NCBI GenBank assembly: GCA_951804945.1
Contig: OX638162.1
Coordinates: 30,194,001-30,258,000 of the forward strand
Origin: Podarcis cretensis
Taxonomy: Eukaryota
Direction of reading: 5' to 3'
DNA: 64,000 nt
Below, one piece after another: positions 47,101-59,280 of this stretch; position 1 is the stretch's first letter; each line of letters starts with the position of its first letter. The notes beneath the pieces were generated by a model. That model saw only the letters and a program-made list of their open reading frames with translations. It was not told where the DNA came from and ran no database searches. The translations under genes and the position numbers were made by a program.

Positions 47101-50100
47101 TGGGCGTTTCCCAAGGATCTGCTGCAGAAGCTGCCACTGTGCACTTCCTGAACCAGATCTATGTATTTCCTCATCTTGGGTTAGGCTCCCACAGGAAGGA
47201 TGGAAGCAGCAGAAGAGAGCCTTCAGCAAGGTCCCAATAGGACTGAGCGATATCAGCTTTTCAACAACGCAGTGTATCGCAAGCCAAACATCGCAGTTTG
47301 GTGACATACTGCAATGCTGAAAAAACAAGATGCATTGTCCTCTCCCCGCAAAACACTGGGTGAAACTGCCCCAGCTCTCACCTCGAGTGCTGAGGCAGTT
47401 TCACCCAGACTCGTGGGTTAGGACAATGCAACTTGTTTGCGCTGGGCTGGGGGCTCTTTTAACTGCTCAACTAAGGAAAGGAACTCCTCAGCCGAGCAGT
47501 TGAAAGATGCATAGGGAGGAAACAGCTATATGGGCGCCTCGTCAATAGAGCTTGTTTTTCCCTCTCCGTTGTATGAGGGCTGAATTGGGACCTAGGCCTG
47601 GGTGATATATTGCCTGGGACTGGTATGAGGAGTAGACCACAATGTCGGCTTCACTCAGCGGTATATCGCTGGTGAAACCACCACTGCTCCCGAGTCCCTC
47701 TGTTAGCAGTGCCTGCTGGAGGAAGGAACAGTCCTGAGCAATATATTGATATATCGCCCAGGCCTAGGTCCCAATACAGCCCTTTGAAGAAGATCCCAGG
47801 CTGAATAGATGCTTAAAAAAATTAAAATAAAATAAATGGCCCACACAGAGCTTTCTAGTTCTCTGTCTTGTTTAATGTACAAACCAAGTAAAGCGGCAAG
47901 AGATTGCAGCAAGAAAACATGATGACAATGCTTAGAACGTCTTGTTTCATGTTTTGATGGTATGTTATGTTAAATCCAAGTGCTAATGAACTATTCATGT
48001 TACAGAAAAATAAGACAAAAGCAATCCTAAGAGCCATTGTAATGCTGTTTAAAAATTTTCCAGTGTTGATTATGCAGGAGGCACTGAGGCACAAGAATAG
48101 GGTGTACCCTAATGGAAATAGGCCTCACCCATTTGCCTTGAAGATCTCTCTCTCAGTCATAAAACCCCTCTACAAAGGCAACATATGTAACTCACCTTTT
48201 GCAGGCAGACTTCTCTGTTAACAGCTCTGGAGACACATACTGTGCTGTCCCAACAAAGGAGTTCGCCCGTGCTGAAGAAACCAAGATGCAAGTAAGCATT
48301 TAATCATTAAAAATGTTCTTACAAGGTCCTCATGAAGGCTTGGATGTGTTCATTTGGAAACAATGCTTTCATTTTTGTTGTGCAATTCAAATTTCATCAG
48401 CTTTTATTTAACTATATTTGTAGGCATCCAATATTACATAATGACTATTGCTTTTCAAACGCTCCCCGCCCCCTCAACACTAAGCATTACTAAGCAGCAT
48501 TTCACCCCATGGGCACCCCACTATCACCTGATTTCAGCTGCCCCATTTTAGTGACCCCGCAGGTTTCCTCTCTGATGTCATCTCCTGTGGTATAGCCATT
48601 TTACCTTTACTCAGTAAAGAACCGTCATAAACCCCATTGAGATGTAGCATCGGATACTGTGGTCAGTTTTAAGGAATTTGAAACTGCAGAAGGTTGCTTT
48701 AGTCGTTGACAGGTTGAGAAATTGCACCCACCTCGCTTGCTGTCTGCAGACAATACTTTTGCTGTCCCAAAGTCTGTAATCTGAATGTGCATGTCTCCGC
48801 TGAGCAAAATGTTCTCTGGCTTCAGGTCCCTGCAAAAGGCACAGCTGGGAATGAGCCATGCATGCACAGAGTCATGCCCTCACCAACTATTTGTGTCCCC
48901 TGGGGAAATCCCGAGTTGTCAATGTAATGCCCTAACCATGGATAGTTGATTCTCCCCCAGGCTTCTAAAGTAACAGCAGCTATCTAGGAAATTAAGCCTG
49001 TCCTTTGGCCTTTACTGTCTCTGCCTGTTCTGGTAGGTTTGAAGTAGATTCCTACCTGCTCCTCTGCCTGGCATTGGGAGCTACTTCCCAAATGATTAGG
49101 AGGTGACTAGGCAGCAGGGGGACATGGAGCAAATCTGAATGTTAGATCATGCTGAGTTCTTCTCTTCTGCCTTCTACTGCAGGCAGGCAAACAGTACGGA
49201 AGAGGTGCTACATTTACTCTGTTAGAGACCTGGCAGAATGGGACGTCCCTCTCCTCTACAAAAAAAAAACCAAGGCAAAAGGCGACAGAGGGAGGAAAAG
49301 AAAGATTTCAACTGTCCAAAATCCCCATCCATTGCTTGATACTTTGTACTCCAAGGCAGCCAATGCCTTGTGCCAAATTAACTAGGCTGGTGTCGCCACA
49401 GGTGAGGAATGCAGGAAAGCCAGGAAGTCTCAACAAAGGTACCTAAGACACTGCTATGCTTGCTTTGGAAACTTTTGAGTTTTGAGCCACCAGGAGAAAT
49501 CTATCAGGAGGGCAACAAACGGTAACTATGACAACAGCAACAAGAACCAAGAATAGATGGATTTGAATTCATTACATTACCTGTGAATGATTCCCTTTCC
49601 GTGCAAGTACTCTAATGCAGACACAATTTCAGCAGTATAAAACCTAGTACATGTCTCATCAAATGAGCCAATCTTCCGGATGTATTTTAGAAGCTCTCCA
49701 TTTTTGGCGTAGCTAAGACCAAAATCTGAATACTAAGTTAAGGATAATTTATACTGTGAATCTCTGGACCCTAAAACACAAAGGCAGATAATCTGAGGCA
49801 ATGTTAGAAGGGATAGGTGGCGATGTGCTTGGAAAGAGAAGACTGAACTCTGCACACAGCCAAAGATTTACCGTATTGGCCCGAATATAAGCCGCACTTT
49901 CCCCCCAATTTTGGACCCTGAAAAGTTAAAAGTAAGGCTTATATTGGTGATTTTTTTACCATATGCTGCTGAAAGCAGCTGGGAAGCGCATGTTTGGCGG
50001 GGGGGGGGGTGCGCCTCCCAGCTAGTTGGCAGTGTGCGCTCCCTAGCTGCTTGATGGGGGGGGGGGGAGCGGCAAGCCCACCTCCCAGCTGGTTGGCGGT

Positions 50101-53100
50101 GGGGGTGGAGCGTGTGCACCACCAACCAGCAGGGAGGTGGCCACGCCACTGCCCCCCCCACAGAGCAGCTAGGGAGCATGTGCAGCCTCCCAGCTGGTTG
50201 GCGGTGCACACACTCCCTAGCTGGTTAGCCTGCGCACTCCTCCCCCCCCCCACCGCCAAGCAGCTAGGGAGCACGCGTACCGCCAACCAGCTCAGAGGCA
50301 GGCACCCAGCTACCCAAGCCGGTGCTGGTGCTGGGCTCTGAGCACGCTCCGTGCCTGCCTCCTGGCACTACCGCCCTGAACGGGGGGCGGCCGGCACCAG
50401 CACCTGCAAATAAACCTTGAATTTTAAGTGTGCAGCTTATATTCGGGCCAATACGGTACAGTGGTTAACTTAGTCTCCAACCATTTTGGGACAAGGGGCA
50501 CATTTGGAGATAAAAGAAACTTGTGGACACCACAAAATACACATTGAACAGAAGAAAAACTGGTGGTATTCAGAAACAGCCCCATACACCTAAAAGGCAA
50601 AGCACAGACACCTAGAGACAAACAAAACACAGTAAAAACAACAACAAACCTCCTCCTACCACAACACACTAGGCAATCTCATCAAACAATATCAAATTTA
50701 AAAAATCAATTAAAAAATAGAAAGTGGGAGAGGGAGGCTGAGTGGGGTGCCTTAAGGCACTGTCATACCCATGGGGGCCCCAAGATTCGTCCTCTGCCAG
50801 GTTTACAAGATTTAAGATTTTTCACATTTGTATCCTGCCTAAGAATTCTGGTACAACTATTTTGAAAACATCACTGGGTTAGCAAATGAAGAAACATGGT
50901 TCTTTTTTCCACACACATTGTCCCAACAAATATCACCATGAAACATTTCCATCCAGAAGGATACAGAGCTTCTCATCATCCTGAAAGGTGAAGTAGAGAT
51001 TGACAAAGAAAGGGTGATCCAGGCAAGACATGATATCTTTCTCCCTATTCACGCACGGCACCTTGCCCTCTTTTATGATGTGGCGCTTCTCCAGAATTTT
51101 AACTTTTAAAAAGACAAATAAGTTACAACACACTTGGGAAATACACAGTGAAGCTGCAAACTCATCTGCTCTGCTTGACTATGAAGCTACACTTAGAGAG
51201 CAGCTTCCCACAACAGCAGCAGCAGGCGTAACCTAGACTTCCTTTGGCTCCATTATGAGGACAGGACATCATCCATCTAAAATCCACACCCTAATGAAGA
51301 AAGGGTTACTCACTGGCATATTCTCTGGAGGTAGACAATTCTCTGGCCAAGAAGACCTGTTAAATGGGAAATAAGAACTGCCTTATGTTTTGCACGCAAC
51401 TAAGATCCCACAAAAGGTCTCCAACCTACTGAGGGGGTCAGTGGAAAAGGGGAATTCCGCCCATTGGAGCCCAGGGCCCCAAGGGACCATTGCTCTATCC
51501 ACACCAGTTACATTAGCCAGTCTCATACACATTCCCAGAACTCCCTAAAGACAACATGTAGGAACTGTTCTGGCAGTTCTCCCAACTTCCTAGGGCAGAT
51601 TTTTTTCTAGGGGGTGGGGGAGTGGGAGTCACTGCACTGGCCTTTGCTAGTGTGCTTGGTTAGTTGAATCTGGTCCTACATGTCCAGAACGGAAGAGGCA
51701 AACCATCGTTTTGTAAGAAGTCCTAAAATCCTGGAATCCTAAGGTACCCAAGAGGTTTTTTGTTTTTGATTGGGGGGGGCAGCTATCGCAAGCAATGAAG
51801 CATCACAGGGGTGGAGAGTCAAAACCTGCCAATGGAACATGTGCACAACAGCAGGGGTTCAATGAGGACAGACAGAGGTGGTAACCTCATCTCACTAAAA
51901 GTCTGGTGTGAGACTGCAGGGGCCACAAGAGGACAAAAAGTACCATAACAGCCAACAGCTGTGAACATTATTTCTCTGACCTCCTGCAGAGCCAAGTAGA
52001 ACCTTCCTCTGGGCGAGCTGGTGCGCAAAGTGCTTTCCTTAGAGAATGCTAAGTGGGGAGGGGAGGGGGGAGAACTGTCTGAATGATACACAAAGGCCAA
52101 ATGGCTGGCTTCTGCCACGACACTCCCAGAACCCCCAGTTGCAATAGATACTCACTGTTGAGAAAGACCCTTCGCCCAGAATCTTGACAAAGTTAAAGTC
52201 CTCTGGGCGTTTCTTTCGAGGCTGTGGAGGTTGCTGCAAGGATTTTTCACTCCCCCTTGGCTCAGCCGTTGTGCCCTCCATGCTCAGTCCCTGCCTGCTG
52301 CCACAGGGAGTAGCAACAGGTGAAGGGCTGGGATCTGCCTGGTTCCTCACCATTGATGGTGATGGGCAGGAACATAAAACCACGCTGGACTGGATTGGAA
52401 CAGCATCGTACTGAAGGAAAGAGAAAGAATGTACATGATGCTGCAGCTTGCAATCTATTAGCCACACATCCCCGTATACAAGTTGGAAATATACCAAAGT
52501 ATATACCAATCCACAAAGTTCGGAAGCTGCCTGAAGAACTTGGTAAGTCTAACACATCCAACTAGCTAGAGAGAAACTGAAACAGTCTGAAACCATTTGG
52601 CGTTTTAATATTTGACACGCAAACCAGTGAAAAGAGTAGCTTACTCAAATGAAATAATAATTCTGCAATTCATGGCTTTAAAATATCCTTACATAACCAA
52701 AGACACCAGAGACTCAAGATGGGACCTTCTGCATGCAAAGCAGGTACACTACCTACTAACTTACAATTCCTCCACTATTTTATTACAATGTGCTCCTAGG
52801 ACCTCTGGTCATTCTGTCATCTTACAGTAGAATAGTAGCCCCCAAACTACATTCTAATAATAATTATGAGAAACAGTAAATGTTTTTGACTGGAAGCTTA
52901 GCATATTGAGGACTGCTATAGTGAATGTATGGAATTGTGGTTCACTGATTGCTTGGTGCCTGTTTTTTCATTGAAACACAGGAAACTACTGATACCAAGT
53001 CAGGCTAATTGGTCCATCTAATTCAGTATTGTTTACACTGAGAGGTATTCAAATATCCAAAGTCAAGCAGCTTCCCCATTTATATCAGGAAGCTTTTCAA

Positions 53101-56039
53101 CAAGTTCAACTTTCAGACTTTCCTTTAGACTCTTAACTTTAAGGAAATTAAATGAATGATTAATTCTTTCCTTCCTTCAGTGTTGCTATTTCTTCAGGTG
53201 CGAGAGGTTTATAAGATGTCAAGACTCCTCAGAAAACCCAAGTTTCCACATCAGACTGGCTGAAACATTCCTATCCATTTGACATCGCCATTTCAATTTC
53301 CTCTGAATAGCTTATCAAGGTCCGCCATCTAGGTATGAATCCAGTTTCAGAGTAAAAATAGTGTTCCAGACTGAATAAATGAGCTAACTTGTAATGGGCC
53401 ATGGCTTTAATGGCTGCCTTACTATGTCCCACTTGCTCTTGCCAATGCCAAAGAAAAGTACCCAGGCCAGGTATGCCTAGGTTTGAAAGTGTTATAAAAA
53501 TCCTGCTGACACACATACTTCTGTAGCTTATTACTTCTAACATGATTTTTAAAATGCACACACCCTTGCTACACTTACCCAGCAAATGAAATTTTATGCT
53601 GGTTTCAACCCCCACCTGAATTTTGAATCCAGCCCATGATTTTCATTGTGTCAAAGGCTATATATCAGCAATAGACCACAGATAAAAAAACATCAATATG
53701 GCATGAAGCTAACTGCTTTTAATTAACTACTGTTGCTTTTATTAATCACTTCTGTTTTAACTGTTTTGTTTAGTTTTAAGAGGTTTAAGGTGATTTTAAT
53801 GGGATGATTATTTTATTGCTTTATATTTATAACAATTGTGTTCCAAGAGAAAATATACATAGCAGATAATTAAAAATAAACATAATAAATAAAGAACCTC
53901 CGGCTCTCTCAGGAGTCACAGCATGTGGTTGACTTGCCCAGGTAATGAGTTCTGTAGCCAGATAGATGGTATACAGTTCAGCAGCTGCTGCCACTGCATA
54001 CATCCAGCCTTGAGAAGTCTAGGATCACCAGTGAAATGTAAGTTTGTTTTGTAGCAAAATAACATTTTGGCAAGTGCAGTATTTTATGCTCACAGCAAAG
54101 AGCAGGTAAACTGCCCCCTGATAATTACTTGCAAAGACATATATAATCCATGCCCTGGCAATATACAATGGTACTTCTTCTTCAGTATGGAACTTTTGTT
54201 TGTGAACTGTTTGTGAACAGGGCCTACAAATTTCAAGGCAAAGCCATCCCTGGACTCAGAAGACTCACCATGTGGGATGCTAAAATCCAAGAAGCTAAGA
54301 CAGCCTTCCTCAACCTGGTGCCCTTCTGATGCCTTGGACTATGATTTCAGCACAGCCATGCTGGCTGCAGCTAATGGGAATTGTAATAAAAATATGTGGA
54401 GGGTATCAGGCTCAGGAAGTTTGATCTAGGATGGTGTTACATCTGCCTATCTCTGGGGAACACAGGATAAGCAAGTGTACACTGTTTGCACACAATACAT
54501 GATGCTAGGCAGATGCACACACAAACTGCACAAGAAATCTGGAATCATTTTCACATTTAAGTCATTCTACAGTACTAAGAAAAGTCAAGTAATCTGATGA
54601 AAGTGCAAAGGGCACAGGCACACCTGGGACACCTTGCTACACACCTGTTTGAACTCTGATGGTGGCATAAAGTCACACAATTCTGCAGAAAAGACCATAA
54701 GTGTTATAGAACTTGTGGTTTGCATGTATAAAAATGCCAGGCTCTGTTCCATTCAGACTGAACTACTGTTGCCCAGCTCAGGGAATTATTGGTTGGATGA
54801 GTCATTGATTTGATTCAATACAATGTGGAGTCTTCTATGCCTCCTATGGCATATGTACTCATGGCTGGCATTTGCATTTTTAATTCTGCTGATAACAAGA
54901 GGTCATATGGAAACAACATCTACACTTCCTCAAACACATGTGACATAATGTGAGGACCGGGTAGCTGCCTGTCCTGTGCCAGTTTTCACCAGCTGATATG
55001 TATTTGTAAGTAAGCGGGAATAGGTTGGAGTTGGTGCGACAGAACAATGGGCACTTTTTACTAAATGACACTAGAAACAGCCATGACAGTGGCCAACTTT
55101 GTCAAAGAAACTACTGGGAAGAATGGCAATTACTCAAGAACTTTAAATCAGGATGTGAAACAAATTTGAAGTAGAACCGGCTGAAAATGAACACCTCTGA
55201 CAACAAGCATCAAAAGCTACACATATATTGAAAAAAGAAAGAATTCGCTCTACAGCAGCATTTCCTAAGGATTGAGGTATTAGATCTCACCTCACCTGTA
55301 AATCAACTGGGCATCCTTTGCATGACGTCTGCCTTACAGAATTGCTCCTTAACTAATATATAAGAAGTTTCTTTGACCATTGGAAGATTCAGCTTTTCAA
55401 TCCCTCAGGACTAGCAGGGCGCCCGAAACGGTGGGCCAAGGCGACACACTGCTCTACCGCTAATGCTAAGCCCGGAATGCGACCGAAATCGCAACCTCCG
55501 TATCGCCCGCGACAGTTGGAGGCGCCACCACCCAATGCACACCGGAAGACGAGCTGCCCTCTCCGTTGCCGGCGGGTGAAGGAGGTGGAATTCCGAGGGC
55601 AAATGGGCGCGCCCCTCCCCGCCTAAGTGGGGCACTCACTTCACGGGGATCCCGCGCCGCTACGCAAAACAAGACAGGCTCTGGCCGAGGCCTGCCTGCT
55701 TGACCAGGTAAGACGACGGGAGGCCAAACACCGGGCGGGGGGGGGGAGGTCAGGGCCCGGCCGGCTCCTCCGCAGCTTTCGCTTCCGCGCTGTAGCCTGG
55801 GCCCCGCCCCTCTCCGGCCAGGATCCCGGGCTGACCCCGAGGCGCCTGCAGAGCCCCTGGCCAAGAGGAGACACGGGGTCGGGGAGCGGCGAACCCCACC
55901 TTCCCTCCGCCAGAGGTCCCGCTCGCGCCGCGGCCTCCCGGAAGGCAGCGCAGGCCAAGCGGCCGCTCCTCTCCTCCCCTCGCCCCTTCCCCGCCGGCTC
56001 CCGCGCAGAGCTTACCAGGGGGCTGCCGGTGCTGGCCAT
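41142..56039 (-). CDS. PDPK1: 3-phosphoinositide-dependent protein kinase 1 (PDK1; ~553 aa, 14 coding exons)
   Basis: Exons 56016-56039, 52156-52410, 51314-51356, 50965-51102, 49581-49725, 48732-48829, 48196-48271, 46817-46885, 46571-46667, 45514-45687, 43205-43428, 42705-42762, 41706-41858 and 41142-41249 join in frame (1662 nt). Contains GEGSFS, YAIK, HRDLKPEN, DFG, the [16 protein letters not shown] activation loop and the PH domain ([25 protein letters not shown]). Confidence 0.98.
43774..43933. mobile_element. Tc1/mariner (Tc2-like) MITE
   Basis: TA-CTGTATTTTTCTGTGTATAAGAC ... GTCTTATACACGGAAAAATATGG-TA inverted ends. Confidence 0.75.
47238..47766. mobile_element. hAT-like non-autonomous element in PDPK1 intron 7
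   Basis: Termini TAGGACTGAGCGATAT / ATATCGCCCAGGCCTA with 8-bp TSD GGTCCCAA (47230-47237 and 47767-47774). Confidence 0.75.
49726..50964 (-). other. PDPK1: U12-type (minor spliceosome) GT-AG intron, PDPK1 intron 4
   Basis: 5' splice site GTATCCTT; branch site TCCTTAAC (49737-49744) just upstream of the AG, with no polypyrimidine tract. Confidence 0.93.
49871..50456. mobile_element. Tc1/mariner (Tc2-like) MITE, young copy inside the U12 intron
   Basis: Near-perfect TIR CCGTATTGGCCCGAATATAAGC / GCTTATATTCGGGCCAATACGG with TA duplication. GC-rich internal repeats (CCCAGCTGGTTGGCGGT, GCAGCTAGGGAGC). Confidence 0.9.
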
Positions 56040-56700
56040 GGGCGCGGGCTGCTCGTCCGTCGGCCCGCCCTCCGAGCGAGCGAACGACTCGGCCGCGCTC
56101 CAACCAGAGAGTCCGACCCAATGGGACGCCCGCGTCCTCCGTGAATGACGTCGGCCACAACAATGCCCTCTTCCGCTAGAGGAGGGCGGGACTTCCGCCC
56201 GCCTCCCTTCAGCACTGGATGGGCGCCGAGGCACTCAGCCACGTCTCGTCAGCTCACGCGAGACTGTCTTGCGCTTGCGCCAAAGAAGCCGGGCGGAGGG
56301 CGGGGGGCGAGTAGAAAGAGGAGCAGGTCAGCTGACCTGCCGGCTCCGCGGGAAGCGGGAGTGAAGCAATGCGCCACGCCCACTCGCTTTACCCACAACG
56401 CCTGTGGTTCGCCTCCAACCGCCGTTTCCCGTGATGCACCACTCCCCCCTTTGGACGGTGGCAAACCGAAGGGGTAGCGCTGCTCGGTGGAGAGGCTGCC
56501 TTGGGACGCCTCCCGCGGATGACCCGGAGCCAGCTGGCTTGCTCGCTTCCTTCCTCCCATTGGCTCGGCTGGAGCTCGGGAAGCCGGAGGGCGGCGAAGA
56601 GGCTTTCAGGCCCGGGACTCGACTTCTCCGTCTGCTCTCTGCCTGCCTCAGCAGCGATGAGACTCTCCTGCTGCTGTCGCTGTTCTTACGCTCACAAAGA
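55410..56700. promoter_or_regulatory. CpG island / PDPK1 promoter
   Basis: CpG-dense region around the 24-nt coding exon 1. CCAAT (~56118), CRE-like TGACGTC (~56146), GC boxes and ETS-like ACTTCCG (~56191). Confidence 0.85.
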
Positions 56701-59089
56701 TAGTGCAAGAGCCCCTGAGTCCACCACCCTTCAATATAAATATTCTCAGGGCTACTTGCACCAATAGAAAACATCAGATATAACAAGATACTGTAATATT
56801 TATTTCATCACCTCATTCCACAAAGATCTCATTGCAATTTATATCACTACAGGAATAGTATACAGCAGAGATATCATGTTGGTGACACACTTTTTAGACG
56901 TGCACCATTTTGCAACACAGTCATTCAGTTTTACTAGCAAACCGGAGGTTAAACTAACCCCTTTCCAGCCCTGGGAGCAGCGTGGGGACTGTTTACGCAA
57001 CACACACATTGTAGCCGACACACGTGTTTGGAAAGCTGTTAAACAGAATACATACCAACTGAAGACAATCATGTGAGGTACTGAAAATTTAAAACAACAA
57101 AACAGCCTTGACACAACAGTTCAGCAAACACCACCTGCCAGCAGCAGAAGAGAGACATCAACCATCAAATGTCTGGGAATCAAGAACAGTCTTGGCCTGG
57201 AATGGCAGTGATAGTGCCAAGTGGGTCTCCTTGGGAGGGGCACTCCTGAAAATACCCTTTCTCCTGTACTGGAGGAAGAACTCTGAAGAGAAGAGCCCGG
57301 CTGTCAAATTAGATATATGATCCATCTAGCCCAGTCTCCTGTGTTCACAAAAGCCAATTGGATGCCCCAAAGCAAAGCTCTCAAGCAGGACCCTGGTGTA
57401 CCAGCCCACCTGCAGTTTCTAGCAGCTAGTGCTATTCAGAAGCATATACCCACTGGCCATCCCAGCAGTGATCCAATAGGAGAGCACATGGAATAGGTTG
57501 GAGTGGAGAGCCACTTCTTTCTCTGCTCACCAGCATTAAAAGGCCATATAATGGGTATGGAGGCAGGCAGGAACCAGACACAAACAGTTACTTCCTTTAA
57601 ACTTCTGTAATTTCAAGAATGTAGTACCAGCAGGTGTCGCCTTTTTGTATGAGCTGCTTACTGGATGCATTTGTAACTTCAAGGAATAGTCATCCCACAT
57701 TGAAAAAAGGTTCAATGAAGGCACCGTGTGGGGGATGGGATGTCCAAAGTGGATTCAAGAGGTTCTCCAGTTGGATTTCCAAGTGCGCATCATTGTCAAA
57801 GCCACAAACACAGCCCTTGTGCCAGACTCCAAGCTAAAGTGAAGACATTCCGTCTCTGGCACACTAGTAACTTGAGGGAAGGGGGCACCCCTTCACCAGG
57901 AAATAAAGTTTGATAACAATGATGGTCAGCCATTTCTTTTCTCTTTGGATGTGAATGCCTGACCCTCTCCCCCCACCCCCACACATCCTGTCCTGAAACT
58001 ATGCCACCCTGTTCTCTGTGGGCTTCATCTATGCAGTGAAAGAGCATAGGTGGTGTAGGGTGGTACAGTGCTGAAAGATGGTCGTATTTCACTATAGCTG
58101 AGGGTCTAGTGATAGAACACAGGTCCTGAGGGTGTGAACCTGGAAGTCATTGATTCAACTCTCAACTCAGCCATCTCAACTCATGGCAGAACATCTAACT
58201 GGTTTTCTGGCCTTTTATGCCTTTTGGTTTTCTGGCCCCAGAGGGTATGGGGCGCTAGTCTACAGATGTCTGCACTCATGAGATAGCCTGGGCTGTACTT
58301 TCAAAACAATTAACCAGTTTAGATCTTTGCATGTGATTTGAACATATCTTTCTTGAAAATGCTGAGCAGAGCAGATCGGAGCTTCTGAGTAGAGCTCTGA
58401 TTGGAACTGATTAGCATCTGTGGCTGCATCACATGCCAGGAAGGGATGGAGTTGAGTGAGGCAGGCATCTGCTCAAGGCTGCAAGGTGCTGGGCTAAGGT
58501 GTTTGGCATTCATTGGGTTAGAAATGTCTCAGTATCTCACCCTCCTACTACTCTGCTTGCCTCTCACCTTGGGAAGAGTTATTGAGCAGAATGAAGAAGG
58601 TCTAAGAGAAAGGAAGTACAGTTGCCAAAGGCTGGTCGGCCCTCTCCCTCTCCCCCAACCTCCAGCAAAAGACTTGCATGATGCTGCTTGCATTTGCCTG
58701 AGGCAAGATTATCATTCGGGGGGGGGGGTGCTTTCAGCGCTGATCTACTGATTGCTACCCTCCCTCACAGCAGCATGGAAGAAGTCTGCAGAGATGTGTG
58801 TTGCTGCTGCTACTGCTGCTGCACCACACAGATAATAAAACATCCTTCCTGGCAGCAGTCATGGGCGATAAACAGCCCCAGCTTGGGTCATTTTGAGTTT
58901 GCAGTTGGCCACTCTCACACTGGAGGCAACACAATCTAATTTAGGCTGATAGTGCCTGTTGTGAAACCCCTCCCACCCGGGAAAGACAAGGCCAAGACTA
59001 ACCAGTTCCTCATACCTGATCAATAGCAATTCGGTGGGGGTGGGGGTGGGGGTGGGGAGAGTGTTTTTCCTCTGACCTCCATGGGACAG

Positions 59090-59280
59090 GAGCCAAGCTG
59101 ACAGAGGTAGTCTTGAATGTGGTGTTGGAGAATCCCTTCGTGGCAGTTTTGGCAGCTTCAATGTTCATGCTGAGGCTGCCTCAGATGGGCCAGCCTAGGA
59201 CTTCATGGCCCATATGATAACCATGAAGCTGTCTCAGCACATCACTGAGCTAGCACATATGGCTGGGGATAGGCTTCACA
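59090..59280 (+). mobile_element. L2 LINE endonuclease-domain remnant
   Basis: Decayed translation resembling LTEVV..VVLE.P...VLGDFNVHAE...AQDFM..M.TM.LSQ.I..PTH.AG of the L2 ORF2 APE domain. Confidence 0.6.

Noticed and set aside
55411-56786. Multiple overlapping 100-197 aa ORFs
   Set aside because: PDPK1 CpG-island shadow ORFs; only MASTGSPL (56016-56039) is supported by a donor site and homology.
59033-59060. (GGGGGT)n G-quadruplex-capable run, with a similar run near 59290
   Set aside because: Poly-G runs are frequent throughout the window; nothing indicates function.
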